A stretch of DNA of 64,000 nucleotides, taken from positions 1 to 64,000 of the IMG/VR virus record IMGVR_UViG_3300002026_000072. One strand, 5' to 3'. The first letter of the stretch is position 1. Every line of letters begins with the position of its first letter. The translations under genes and the position numbers were made by a program. The notes under the pieces are model-generated. The model searched no databases, was not told the DNA's origin, and worked only from the letters and a program-made list of their open reading frames with translations. This document shows positions 53,118-61,827 of the stretch, piece after piece. Origin of the DNA: a virus.

Positions 53118-54086
53118 ATGGCCGGCGAAACTGAAGACCGTGGCGACAACTGGACCCCGACCGAGGACGTCGAAGACAAGAAGCCCGACCCAGCCAAGGC
53201 TGAGGTCACTGACGAGGACCTGAAGAAGGTCGGCGTCGAAGACAAGGCTGAGGCCGACGAGGCGGAGGGGGGCGAGGACAAGGAGGACAAGGAGGACAAG
53301 GAGGCCAAGAAGAAGGCCGCGCCTCGTATCCCGCTCGCTCGCCACAAAGAGATCCTGGAGAAGGAGCGCGAGCAGCGCGCCGCCCTGGAGAAGGAGCTCG
53401 CCAACGTCCGTCAGGGCCAGCAGCTCGCTGCCACGAACGAGCAGCTCACTGAGGCTGAGGACAGGCTGCTCAAGCTCGAAGAGAGCTACGCCAAGCTGGT
53501 CACTGACGGCGACGCTGAGAAGGCCGGCAAGACTATGTCCGAGATCCGCCGCCTGGAGCGGTCGATCATCGAGAGCAAGTCCATGGCCGCCATCCAGGCT
53601 GCGGAGGGCAGGGCGTACGAGCGCGTGCGCTACGACACCACCGTCGAGCGCCTGGAGGCTGCGTACCCGGCTCTGAACCCGGACCACGATGACTTCGACG
53701 AGGCCCAGACCCGTGAGGTCGTCGAGCTGCGCGACGCCTACGTCGCCACCGGTCGGTACAGCCGTGCTGAGGCGATCCAGAAGGCGGTCAAGACGGTCAT
53801 GAAGCCTGCCACGGTGCGCCAGGAGCGCGCTGTTGAGGCTGAGGTCCGGGTCGACAAGGCGGACCTCGCCAAGGCCGCCGCCGAGGAACGCGCCAAGGCC
53901 GCTCGCAGCAAGGCGGTCGATGCCGCCACGCGCCAGCCACCGAACACGAACAAGGTCGGCCTCGATAGTGACAAGCTGGGCACGCTGAATGCCAAGGAGG
54001 TCATGAAGATGGGCCAGGACGAGTTTGCCAAGCTGGACGAGAAGACCCTCGCCAAGCTGCGCGGAGATGAATTTGTAGGGGTTTGA
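53118..54086 (+). CDS. scaffolding protein
   Basis: Highly charged helical 322-aa protein (EDKEDKEDKE run) between the portal and capsid genes. Confidence 0.75.
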   Translation: MAGETEDRGDNWTPTEDVEDKKPDPAKAEVTDEDLKKVGVEDKAEADEAEGGEDKEDKEDKEAKKKAAPRIPLARHKEILEKEREQRAALEKELANVRQGQQLAATNEQLTEAEDRLLKLEESYAKLVTDGDAEKAGKTMSEIRRLERSIIESKSMAAIQAAEGRAYERVRYDTTVERLEAAYPALNPDHDDFDEAQTREVVELRDAYVATGRYSRAEAIQKAVKTVMKPATVRQERAVEAEVRVDKADLAKAAAEERAKAARSKAVDAATRQPPNTNKVGLDSDKLGTLNAKEVMKMGQDEFAKLDEKTLAKLRGDEFVGV

Positions 54087-54104
54087 CCGTTGGGGAACGG
54101 CTTT

Positions 54105-54135
54105 GGGTCGGCTTTGTGCCGGCCCTCTTTTCTTC
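54105..54135 (+). terminator. rho-independent terminator after the scaffold gene
   Basis: gggtcggc-tttgt-gccggccc followed by tcttttcttc. Confidence 0.65.
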
Positions 54136-54138
54136 TGG

Positions 54139-54161
54139 TCTAACTTAGAGTAGAGTTCGAC
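54139..54161. promoter_or_regulatory. Palindrome motif copy (tctaacttagag + tagagttcgac)
   Basis: Directly after the terminator, 117 nt upstream of the capsid ATG. Confidence 0.55.
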
Positions 54162-54277
54162 CCAATCCGGTTAAGGCAAGGTCCCGACAGCACCTTCCAC
54201 CCTTCGCAGGTCGTGGCGACACACGGCAAGGCGCCCATCACGGGCATTCGTCTTGTCATCTGTGAAGGAGAGCCGTC

Positions 54278-55399
54278 ATGGCACTCACTAATTTTGGCCT
54301 GCTCACGTCTGAACAGAAGACGGTATGGAGCATGGATTTGTGGCGCCAAGCGCGCAACCAGTCGTTCCTCAACCGCTTCATGGGCAAAGGCCCGAACAGC
54401 CTGATTCAGCACATCACCGAGCTGAAGAAGACCGAGAAGGGCGCCCGCGCAGTCATCACGCTGCTGGCCGACCTGCAGGGCGACGGCGTTGCCGGCGACC
54501 GCACCTTGGAAGGCAACGAAGAGGCGATGCAGACCTTTGATCAGGTCATCCGCATCGACCAGATTCGCCACGCCAACCGGCATGAAGGCCGCATGGCCGA
54601 CCAGAAGAGCATCGTCGAATTCCGTGGCAACAGCCGCGACGTTCTGGCGTACTGGCTCGCTGACCGCATCGACCAGATGGCGTTCCTGACGCTCTCCGGC
54701 GTGCCGTACACGAACTTCAACACGGGCTACGCCCGCACCGGGTCTGACTTGTCCAGCCTGGAGTTCGCCGCTGACGTCACTGCACCGACGGCTAACCGCC
54801 GCCTGCGCTGGGATGGCACGAGCGCCACCAAGAAGCTCATCACCAACGCCGCCACGAGCGACGTGGTTGCGACGGACACCCCCACCTGGGAGATGTTCGT
54901 GCAGCTCAAGGCGTTCGCCAAGGAGCGCTATGTGCGCGGCATCAAGGAAGACGGCGGCGAGGAGACTTACCACGCCTTCCTGTCGCCTTCGGCCATGGCC
55001 AAGCTGAAGCTCGACCCGAGCTACATGCAGAACCTGCGCTACTCGTCCCAGACGAGCAAGAACGAGGCTCTGTTCAGCGGCTCCAGCGTCAAGGTCGACG
55101 GCATCTACCTGCACGAGTTCCGCCACGTCTACAACACCCGTAACGCTGTCAGCGGCACGGGCAAGTGGGGCGCCGGCAACCTCGTCGACGGATGCCAGAT
55201 GCTGTTCTGCGGCGCGCAAGCTCTGGGCATGGCCGACATCGGCGCACCCGAGTGGGTCGAGAAGGAGTTCGACTACGGCAACCAGCAGGGTATCTCGGTT
55301 GGCAAGATCCTCGGGTTCAAGAAGCCTGTCTTCAAGAACATCTACGAGGCGGGCGCGACCGAGGACTTCGGCGTGATCTCTGTCTACGTTGCCCAGTAA
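54278..55399 (+). CDS. major capsid protein (N4-gp56-type by recollection)
   Basis: gaaggagagccgtcATG. 373 aa. N-terminal pattern LLTSEQKTVWSMDLWRQARNQSFLNRFMGKG...DLQGDGVAGDRTLEGNEE. Confidence 0.85.
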   Translation: MALTNFGLLTSEQKTVWSMDLWRQARNQSFLNRFMGKGPNSLIQHITELKKTEKGARAVITLLADLQGDGVAGDRTLEGNEEAMQTFDQVIRIDQIRHANRHEGRMADQKSIVEFRGNSRDVLAYWLADRIDQMAFLTLSGVPYTNFNTGYARTGSDLSSLEFAADVTAPTANRRLRWDGTSATKKLITNAATSDVVATDTPTWEMFVQLKAFAKERYVRGIKEDGGEETYHAFLSPSAMAKLKLDPSYMQNLRYSSQTSKNEALFSGSSVKVDGIYLHEFRHVYNTRNAVSGTGKWGAGNLVDGCQMLFCGAQALGMADIGAPEWVEKEFDYGNQQGISVGKILGFKKPVFKNIYEAGATEDFGVISVYVAQ

Positions 55400-55411
55400 T
55401 CTAACTTAGAT
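55399..55411. promoter_or_regulatory. Palindrome motif copy (atctaacttagat)
   Basis: Overlaps the capsid TAA. Lies 5' of the ggag RBS of the 55425 gene. Confidence 0.6.
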
Positions 55412-55424
55412 CGGAGAACAGACC

Positions 55425-55856
55425 ATGGCAACTCTACGTCCCTCGCGCACTGCGCAAACCGTGCTGACCGCTGAGTTCAGCTGGGCCTTCGGCGACACCA
55501 TGACGAACACGTCGGGTGCGTCGGACAACTTCACGACCGCCGCGGCTCACGCCTTCGACATCATCAACCTGCCGCCCAACGCGGTGGTGGTTGGCGGCGA
55601 GCTGGTTGTGACGACTGCCTTCGACGGCACGACCTACGCGCTGATCGTCGGCGACTCGGGCAGCACCAACCGCTACCTCGCCACTGCTGACCGCAAGGCG
55701 GCTGGGCGTACGGCGCTGGTGCCCACCGGCTACGTCGGTACGGGCGAGGCGATCCGCCTCACCGTGACGCCCACCGGCGCGACGACTGCTGGAGCTGCGA
55801 CGCTGCGGGTCCAGTACATCGTGGTCGGCCGCGCGACCGAAGTCCAGGCTTCCTAA
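55425..55856 (+). CDS. probable head-associated or decoration protein (143 aa)
   Basis: Immediately follows the capsid gene. A terminator follows it. Confidence 0.65.
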   Translation: MATLRPSRTAQTVLTAEFSWAFGDTMTNTSGASDNFTTAAAHAFDIINLPPNAVVVGGELVVTTAFDGTTYALIVGDSGSTNRYLATADRKAAGRTALVPTGYVGTGEAIRLTVTPTGATTAGAATLRVQYIVVGRATEVQAS

Positions 55857-55868
55857 GCCTGCAACCGG

Positions 55869-55894
55869 GCGGGACCTTCGGGTCCCGCTCTTCC
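55869..55894 (+). terminator. rho-independent terminator
   Basis: gcgggacc-ttcg-ggtcccgc followed by tcttcc. Confidence 0.6.
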
Positions 55895-55910
55895 ATCAAG
55901 GTGCTGAGCT

Positions 55911-56279
55911 ATGCGATTCGTTCTGATGCGTGACAAGGTGGTCGCGACCAAACAAGGCCACTTCCTTCGCTTCGAGAAGGGCGTGCCGACTTTTGTACCT
56001 CCGCAGCTCTGGGACGACGTCTTGGCCGCAGGCGGATTCCCCGAAGAAGAGATACCCGAGCCCACTGGCCCCAAGACGGTTGACCCGACGGACCCCGTCG
56101 AGCGCTCCGGCTTGATCCAGGCCGCTATCGAGATCATCGCCACCCGCAACCGCCGCGAAGACTTCAGCGCCGGTGGGTCGCCCCACGCCAAGGTGCTCAG
56201 CACCGAGCTGGGCTTCCCCGTGACGCCGAAGGAGCGCGACGTTGAGTGGACGAAGTTCATGGCGGGCAAGGACGACTAA
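55911..56279 (+). CDS. hypothetical protein (122 aa)
   Basis: Full ORF with coding bias. Confidence 0.65.
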   Translation: MRFVLMRDKVVATKQGHFLRFEKGVPTFVPPQLWDDVLAAGGFPEEEIPEPTGPKTVDPTDPVERSGLIQAAIEIIATRNRREDFSAGGSPHAKVLSTELGFPVTPKERDVEWTKFMAGKDD

Positions 56280-56295
56280 CCCGTAGGAGAGCTTC

Positions 56296-57090
56296 ATGTT
56301 GGTAAGCGAAATCATCGCCCTCTTCCGCACCGAGGTCGCGGACATCGAGATGCCGTATCTGTGGACGGAGGACGAGGTACTCACTTACCTCAACGACGCC
56401 TACACGATGTTCACGCGCTTCCTCGGAGGCGTCTCTGACGCATCCTCGACGGTCACGTCAGTGACCGTGGCGGCGAACGACACCGAGATCACTCTCGACC
56501 CGTCGATCATCCGTGTGGTGCGCGCCTTCCGCGCGGACGGCACTGAGATCGGGATCATCGAGAACACCGACACGCCGCTGGTGAAGGATGCCTCGGGCAA
56601 GCTCACGCTGCTGCGCGTCGGCTCGCGCACCGGCCCGGTCGAGTTCCTGGTGCTGGGCGCTGAGAAGAGCGACGCCGCGCTGCACCCGATCCCGCTGGTG
56701 GGGGACACCCTCAAGCTCCAGGTGCGCCGCCTGCCGATCAAGTCGCTCGGGCTCACTGCCAGCGCGACCGTGGCGACATCACCCGACGACCTGCGCACAG
56801 AGCACCACATCCACTTGCTCAAGTGGATGAAGGCCATGGCGTACCGCAAGCAGGACTCGGAGACGCTGGACCCAGCCAAGGCCCAGGAGAACGAGGCGCT
56901 GTTCCTGCAGTACTGCTCGCAGTCTGTCTACGAGCAGGAGCGCATGCGCCGCAAGAGCCGCGCCTCGCTGCGCACTGGTCGCGACATGAAGAACCCGATG
57001 CTGGCGGCCAGCGCGTACACGGCGCGGCCGTACTCGGGGGACGTGCGGCCTCCGCAGCGCCAGGGCCGGGACACAGGGAGTGACCAGTGA
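56296..57090 (+). CDS. head-completion or adaptor-like protein, paralogue 1 (264 aa)
   Basis: Shares the ALFR(T/A)E(V/I)xD(I/V)ExPY(L/V)W(T/S)xxEVxxYxNDAYTMF N-terminus and HHxHLxKWMK with the next gene. Confidence 0.7.
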   Translation: MLVSEIIALFRTEVADIEMPYLWTEDEVLTYLNDAYTMFTRFLGGVSDASSTVTSVTVAANDTEITLDPSIIRVVRAFRADGTEIGIIENTDTPLVKDASGKLTLLRVGSRTGPVEFLVLGAEKSDAALHPIPLVGDTLKLQVRRLPIKSLGLTASATVATSPDDLRTEHHIHLLKWMKAMAYRKQDSETLDPAKAQENEALFLQYCSQSVYEQERMRRKSRASLRTGRDMKNPMLAASAYTARPYSGDVRPPQRQGRDTGSDQ

Positions 57091-57752
57091 ACACTGGAGA
57101 GCTCGTCGCGCTCTTTCGGGCTGAGATAGGGGATGTCGAGCATCCCTACGTCTGGTCCGACGCCGAGGTGTACGCGTATGCCAACGACGCCTACACGATG
57201 TTCGTGCGGCTGCGCGGCGGGGTCTCCGACTTCACTTCTGACGACACCGCCATCCGGGTGGTGGCGGGTCAGCCCTACGCTGAGATCAGCGACAAGATCC
57301 TGCGCATCATGTCCGCCCGCCGGCGCTCAGACGGGCGTGACGTCGCCATCATCAACGGCGCGGACCTTGACCGGCGCTACTCGGTCCACCCACTGTCTTC
57401 AGTGAGTACGCCCGGGCCGGTCAAGGAGATGGTCATCGGCCTGGAGCCCGGCATCGTGCGCTGGGTGCAGACGCCGGTCGCTGACGACATCGTCGACATC
57501 CACGTCTACCGGCTCCCGTCGAGCGGGCTCACCGGCCCGACCTCCGCGCTGGCGGACATTGACCCGATGCACCACCTCCACTTGACCAAGTGGATGAAGT
57601 CGCTCGCGTACGCGAAGGCTGACGCCGACACGTTCAACCGCACGCGTGCGGAAGAGAACGACAAGGCGTTCCGCGAGTACTGCGGGATGGTTGAGCGCGA
57701 GTGGAACCGCGCCAAACACAAGACGCGAGTCGTCGCCTACGGGGGGATATGA
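57087..57752 (+). CDS. head-completion or adaptor-like protein, paralogue 2 (221 aa)
   Basis: Paralogous to 56296-57090. GTGA-type overlap. Confidence 0.7.
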   Translation: MNTGELVALFRAEIGDVEHPYVWSDAEVYAYANDAYTMFVRLRGGVSDFTSDDTAIRVVAGQPYAEISDKILRIMSARRRSDGRDVAIINGADLDRRYSVHPLSSVSTPGPVKEMVIGLEPGIVRWVQTPVADDIVDIHVYRLPSSGLTGPTSALADIDPMHHLHLTKWMKSLAYAKADADTFNRTRAEENDKAFREYCGMVEREWNRAKHKTRVVAYGGI

Positions 57753-58219
57753 GCAACCCCCGCATCCTCGCCGCTGTCGCTGTCGCCTGCGGCATCGCTG
57801 TGCCTGCGGAGGGGTTGCGTCAGGTCGCCTACCGCGACCCTCCGGGCATCCTCACTGTCTGCTGGGGCAGCACCACCAACGTGCAGCCCGGCCGCACCTA
57901 CAGCCTGGACGAATGCCGCCAGCGCCTTGAGGCCGACATGACAGCGGCTGTTGTGGCTGTTGAGCGCTGCCAGCCCGGCCTGCCGCCCGCGGTGCTCGCG
58001 GCGTTCTCGGATGCGGTCTTCAATTTGGGCCCAAGGATCGTTTGCGATCCGATGCACAGCACGGCCGCCCGTCTGCTCAAGGAAGGCAAGATCAAAGAGG
58101 CTTGTGAGCAGCTCCCGCGCTGGTCGCGCGCCAAGGTAGCCGGCGTGTTCATCTCGTTGCCCGGCCTAGTCAAGCGTCGCGCCACCGAGCGCGATCTGTG
58201 CCTCACAGGTGCCCCATGA
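57749..58219 (+). CDS. SAR-type endolysin (T4-lysozyme/GH24-like)
   Basis: ATGA coupling. N-terminal weakly hydrophobic ILAAVAVACGIAV. E-x8-D-x5-T triad (AEGLRQVAYRDPPGILT). Confidence 0.85.
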   Translation: MSNPRILAAVAVACGIAVPAEGLRQVAYRDPPGILTVCWGSTTNVQPGRTYSLDECRQRLEADMTAAVVAVERCQPGLPPAVLAAFSDAVFNLGPRIVCDPMHSTAARLLKEGKIKEACEQLPRWSRAKVAGVFISLPGLVKRRATERDLCLTGAP

Positions 58220-58716
58220 CGACCTACCTTGTCGCCGGCCTCACCCTGCTGGCCGCAGTCATCAGCGCCTGGGCGACCCTGCACTTTGCCCAGCAGGAGC
58301 GCGATGCCCTGCGTGCAGAACTGACCGTGGCCCGCGCCACATGGGCAGCAGCCTCACAGGCAAGCGATGAGCGGCAACGCGAGATTGAACGACTCAGAAC
58401 CAAGGCGGTTGACCATGTCGCATCTAACGCCAAAGCCGACGCCTCTCAGGATGAGCGCCGCATTGCTGAGCTTCGCGCTACTGCTGACAGGCTGCGCGCA
58501 CACATCAAGCTCCTTGCCGCCAGTACCCGTGCGAGCAGCAGCGATACCACCACTGCCACCGGAGGCGAAGCAGCCACCGGCCCCGGCTTGGTGCTTGCCG
58601 ACCTGTACCGAGGCGTTGACGATGAGGCGATTGAACTCGCTGCAGCGCTTGACGCATCCAGACGTGCGGGGCTTACCTGCGAACGAATCTACGACGCAAC
58701 CAGGGATACCCAATGA
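58216..58716 (+). CDS. i-spanin (Rz-like)
   Basis: N-terminal TM TTYLVAGLTLLAAVISAW, then a coiled-coil periplasmic domain. ATGA overlap with the endolysin stop. Confidence 0.75.
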   Translation: MTTYLVAGLTLLAAVISAWATLHFAQQERDALRAELTVARATWAAASQASDERQREIERLRTKAVDHVASNAKADASQDERRIAELRATADRLRAHIKLLAASTRASSSDTTTATGGEAATGPGLVLADLYRGVDDEAIELAAALDASRRAGLTCERIYDATRDTQ

Positions 58717-58729
58717 CAACCCCCACTGA
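58451..58729 (+). CDS. o-spanin (Rz1-like lipoprotein), overlapped in another frame
   Basis: MSAALLSFALLLTGC lipobox and a Pro-rich mature part. Extends 13 nt past the Rz-like stop. Confidence 0.7.
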   Translation: MSAALLSFALLLTGCAHTSSSLPPVPVRAAAIPPLPPEAKQPPAPAWCLPTCTEALTMRRLNSLQRLTHPDVRGLPANESTTQPGIPNDNPH

Positions 58730-59207
58730 CTGGGACGACTACGAACGTCGAGCAGAGGCCGCTTCGCCGCCTCCAGGCGACGGCAAGGGTGGATTCACGC
58801 TGGAACAGCTCTCATACCTTGAGTCCCGCATCAGCCGCGAGGTCACGGTGATCCACACGATGCTGCGCGCCCACGTATCCGACGAAAGCCGCCAACTCGA
58901 CCTGATCAAAGCCATGATCGACCGCAGCGCCGCAGCCAGCGAAGCCCGACATGAGATGCTGCTGCAGAAGCTGGCCGCATACCAGACCCGCACCGACTCA
59001 ATGGAGCAGGCGTTTTTGGACGGCCCAATGGGCCTGCCTGACTACCACGGCCACCACCAGGACCACAGCATCCGCGCAGCCACCGGCAAGTGGTGGAGCG
59101 GCGTCAAGTCCACCGTGGTGTCCGACGGCATCAAAGCAGCGCTCGGTGGCCTGATCGTGTGGCTGGCGATGATCGTCTATCAATCGTCGCAGGGAGTCGG
59201 GCCATGA
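58713..59207 (+). CDS. lysis-cassette protein with a C-terminal TM (164 aa)
   Basis: ATGA coupling at both ends. TM segment AALGGLIVWLAMIVY. Confidence 0.65.
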   Translation: MTTPTDWDDYERRAEAASPPPGDGKGGFTLEQLSYLESRISREVTVIHTMLRAHVSDESRQLDLIKAMIDRSAAASEARHEMLLQKLAAYQTRTDSMEQAFLDGPMGLPDYHGHHQDHSIRAATGKWWSGVKSTVVSDGIKAALGGLIVWLAMIVYQSSQGVGP

Positions 59208-59470
59208 GCGACGTTGACGACGCCCGCGCCAGCACGGCCAAGACGACCGACACGGCTACGCCAAAGATATTGGCCATCGTCATCACCTTGGGCTTCTTTG
59301 CCGTGCTGGCCTACCTGCTGGCCAACGGCAAACCAGAGGTCGGCGGCGACGTGCTGCTGGTGATGCTGGGCAGCCTGGGCACAGCCTGGACCCAGATCGT
59401 TGCCTATTTTTTCGGCAGCAGCGCAGGCAGCAAGGCCAAAACGGCGCTGCTGGCGAAGGCAGGCAAATGA
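59204..59470 (+). CDS. holin or pinholin candidate (88 aa, 2 TM)
   Basis: ILAIVITLGFFAVLAYLLA and VLLVMLGSLGTAWTQIVAYFF, with a charged C-terminus. Confidence 0.65.
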   Translation: MSDVDDARASTAKTTDTATPKILAIVITLGFFAVLAYLLANGKPEVGGDVLLVMLGSLGTAWTQIVAYFFGSSAGSKAKTALLAKAGK

Positions 59471-59473
59471 TCC

Positions 59474-59737
59474 ATGCGCAGCAACTGCCTGATCTGGGCG
59501 ATCCTCATGCACCGTAGGCGCGTGCTCAAGGGCCACGAGGGGTACTTGCTGCTGCGCTGGTCGCGCTGGGGGCCGTTCCCTCACGCGCTGTATGCAGAAC
59601 TCCGACGCACCGGCTCGCTGCGCTTAGTGAGCTACCGGCCCTCCACACCCAAACCTAAACCCGTACCGCCGCTGCTGTTCAGGGGCACGAGTCGTTGGGG
59701 CGACTTCGTAGACACGAAGCCTGATCGCTCGGCGTGA
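59474..59737 (+). CDS. hypothetical basic protein (87 aa)
   Basis: Full ORF. Confidence 0.55.
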   Translation: MRSNCLIWAILMHRRRVLKGHEGYLLLRWSRWGPFPHALYAELRRTGSLRLVSYRPSTPKPKPVPPLLFRGTSRWGDFVDTKPDRSA

Positions 59738-59738
59738 T

Positions 59739-59768
59739 AATCTAACGTCTAACTTAGATCTAACTAGG
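59739..59768. promoter_or_regulatory. Triple motif half-site array (aatctaacgtctaacttagatctaactagg)
   Basis: Fills the gap between 59737 and the RBS of the 59777 gene. Carries stop codons in several frames. Confidence 0.6.
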
Positions 59769-59776
59769 AGATCACC

Positions 59777-60256
59777 ATGGCATCAATGTCCGACTTCCTC
59801 GAAAACAAGCTGATCGACTGGCTCTTCCGGGGCCAAGCCATCGGCATCACCGGCGCCAGCGCCGCAGCCGGCACGGGGCCGACGAACCTGTATGTGGGCC
59901 TGCTGACCGCGACCCCGACAGACAGCACGGCAGGCACTGAGGTCTCCACCTCCGGCACGGCCTACGCTCGCGTCACGGTGGCGTCGAACACGACGAACTG
60001 GGACAACACCCAGAACCTGAACACGACCGCAGTCAGCTCGGGTACGGGCGGCACCACGCGCAACAGCACGGCGATCACGTTCCCGGCGCCTGTCGGCTCG
60101 AACTGGGGCTCGATCACAGGCGTGGGCATCTACGACGCAGCCTCGGGCGGCAACCTGTTGATCTGGGCTCCGCTGACCACTGGCAAGACCGTGAACGCTG
60201 GCGACGCCGCCCCGAGCTTCGCCATCAACGCGCTCACGTTCCAGATCGACAACTGA
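59777..60256 (+). CDS. conserved phage tail-region protein (159 aa)
   Basis: N-terminus MSDFLENKLIDWLFRGQ...LYVGLLTATPTDSTAGTEVS..YARV matches a common phage family I recognise without knowing its function. Confidence 0.75.
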   Translation: MASMSDFLENKLIDWLFRGQAIGITGASAAAGTGPTNLYVGLLTATPTDSTAGTEVSTSGTAYARVTVASNTTNWDNTQNLNTTAVSSGTGGTTRNSTAITFPAPVGSNWGSITGVGIYDAASGGNLLIWAPLTTGKTVNAGDAAPSFAINALTFQIDN

Positions 60257-60259
60257 GCC

Positions 60260-60526
60260 GTGGACGCTAGGCAGTGGTTCGTTCAGCTCTTCATCGCGGT
60301 TGACCAGCTCATAAACGTGCTGGTCACTCCGCTCAGTGCGGGGGCGTGGGCGGACGAGACACTGTCGTCGCGTGCATACCGCATGTGGGCGAAGGGCCGG
60401 CCGTGGGGTCGCTTCTGGATGCCCATCATCGACTGGTTGTTCGCGTGGCAAGGCCCCTGGCACTGCAAGAGCGCGTTCGAGAAAGAGCGTGCTCGGCTGC
60501 AGGCGCCGCCTGAGACAAGGAGCTGA
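60260..60526 (+). CDS. hypothetical protein (88 aa)
   Basis: GTG start 3 nt after the upstream stop. Confidence 0.6.
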   Translation: MDARQWFVQLFIAVDQLINVLVTPLSAGAWADETLSSRAYRMWAKGRPWGRFWMPIIDWLFAWQGPWHCKSAFEKERARLQAPPETRS

Positions 60527-60528
60527 CC

Positions 60529-61014
60529 GTGCTTTGGAAGATCGAATTCAACGACGCGACCACTGGATGGTCTGAAGTGGACTCAGGCCGGCTGTTCGAC
60601 GACGCCGGCACTGAGCTGCACGGGGACTTCGGCTACTCGCCGACTGACACTGCCCCGGTGCAGCCGGCGTGGTACGTTGAGCCCGAACCCTACGTCTACG
60701 AGCCGCCGCCCCCGCTGTCGTGGTCAGACCCGAACTTGTCGGCGGAGTATTTCTGGATCGACGTTGGCCCGTTCTTCGACCGTTTCGGGGCGAAGGCGCT
60801 CGCCATCACCAGCAGCACTGACCCTCTTATCCAGGGGCTGGTCACGCTGATCCTGCCGCGCAAGTACATCGACCTGAAGAGGGCTGACTTACCCAGCCTT
60901 GTGTCGATCCTCGTAGGCAAGGGCGTCATCACGAGCGACGACATGACGACTGTGCTCGCGCAGGTTACGGCCGAAGACGAGCGCCACATCAAGGGCTTGC
61001 CCCAACCGGAGTGA
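60529..61014 (+). CDS. hypothetical tail-region protein (161 aa)
   Basis: GTG start. Compact spacing. Confidence 0.6.
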   Translation: MLWKIEFNDATTGWSEVDSGRLFDDAGTELHGDFGYSPTDTAPVQPAWYVEPEPYVYEPPPPLSWSDPNLSAEYFWIDVGPFFDRFGAKALAITSSTDPLIQGLVTLILPRKYIDLKRADLPSLVSILVGKGVITSDDMTTVLAQVTAEDERHIKGLPQPE

Positions 61015-61017
61015 GTC

Positions 61018-61374
61018 ATGCCTGTCTTCCGAGATCGAGTTAAAGACCTAGGCGAAACCGCCGGCTTCGCCGACGTCTGGTTGTCGGGCACCGCCCCACT
61101 GGGCTACCAGAGCTTCTTCACCGCGTTCGGTGTGGGCGTGCCGTTCCTGTACTGCATCGTGGACAACACTACTGGGCAGTGGGAGACGGGGACCGGCTAC
61201 CTGACTTCAATGGTCATGCTCGTGCGCGACTCCGTATTCGACGGCAGCGACGGCGTCGGCGTGAAGGTGAACTTCATGGCCGGCACCAAGGACGTCTTCT
61301 GCACGATTGCGTCGCACTGGTGCGAGGATACCGGCGCGCTGCTACACCGCTCACTCAACATGGCACTACCTTAA
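61018..61374 (+). CDS. hypothetical tail-region protein (118 aa)
   Basis: ATG 3 nt after the upstream stop. Confidence 0.65.
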   Translation: MPVFRDRVKDLGETAGFADVWLSGTAPLGYQSFFTAFGVGVPFLYCIVDNTTGQWETGTGYLTSMVMLVRDSVFDGSDGVGVKVNFMAGTKDVFCTIASHWCEDTGALLHRSLNMALP

Positions 61375-61383
61375 AGGACCAAT

Positions 61384-61824
61384 ATGGCTCTCCCGAACAA
61401 CGATCCAATCTATTCCAAGGTCGGTGACATCCAGTGCATCAGCGGGCTGCAGGGCACGACCGCGAACACTGCACAGAACGGCACCGGCACGCTCTACCCC
61501 GTCTTCCAGGCCGACGCCACGAACGGTGGCTACCTGCAGAGGCTGTCGTTCCAGCCGGTCACCACAACGGCAGCGACGGTATGCCGGATCTTTATCAGCT
61601 CGATCACGGGCACATGGACCGGCAACTCGAACGCTGATACCTGGTTGTTCACCGAGGTAACGCTGCCGGCGATTACGGTGTCCCAGACAGCAGCGGCGCC
61701 TCACATCGAAGTGCCAATGAGCTTGGCCCTGCCCCCAGGTTATCGCGTCGTCGTTGGGTTCGGCACGACCACTGGAGCTGCGACGACGGGCTGGATGGTG
61801 ATCGGCATCGGTGGAAAGTATTAA
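61384..61824 (+). CDS. hypothetical tail-region protein (146 aa)
   Basis: Full ORF directly before the fibre paralogues. Confidence 0.65.
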   Translation: MALPNNDPIYSKVGDIQCISGLQGTTANTAQNGTGTLYPVFQADATNGGYLQRLSFQPVTTTAATVCRIFISSITGTWTGNSNADTWLFTEVTLPAITVSQTAAAPHIEVPMSLALPPGYRVVVGFGTTTGAATTGWMVIGIGGKY

Positions 61825-61827
61825 GCC

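Noticed and set aside
51215-53404. 729-aa antisense ORF opposite the portal gene, with similar long antisense or off-frame ORFs (e.g. 14567-15769, 54140-55219, 3547-4377, 1586-2311, 31924-33168)
   Set aside because: These are typical stop-poor shadow ORFs of GC-rich DNA. They have low-complexity R/A/G/L-rich translations and no start context. The opposite or alternate frame carries recognisable phage proteins.
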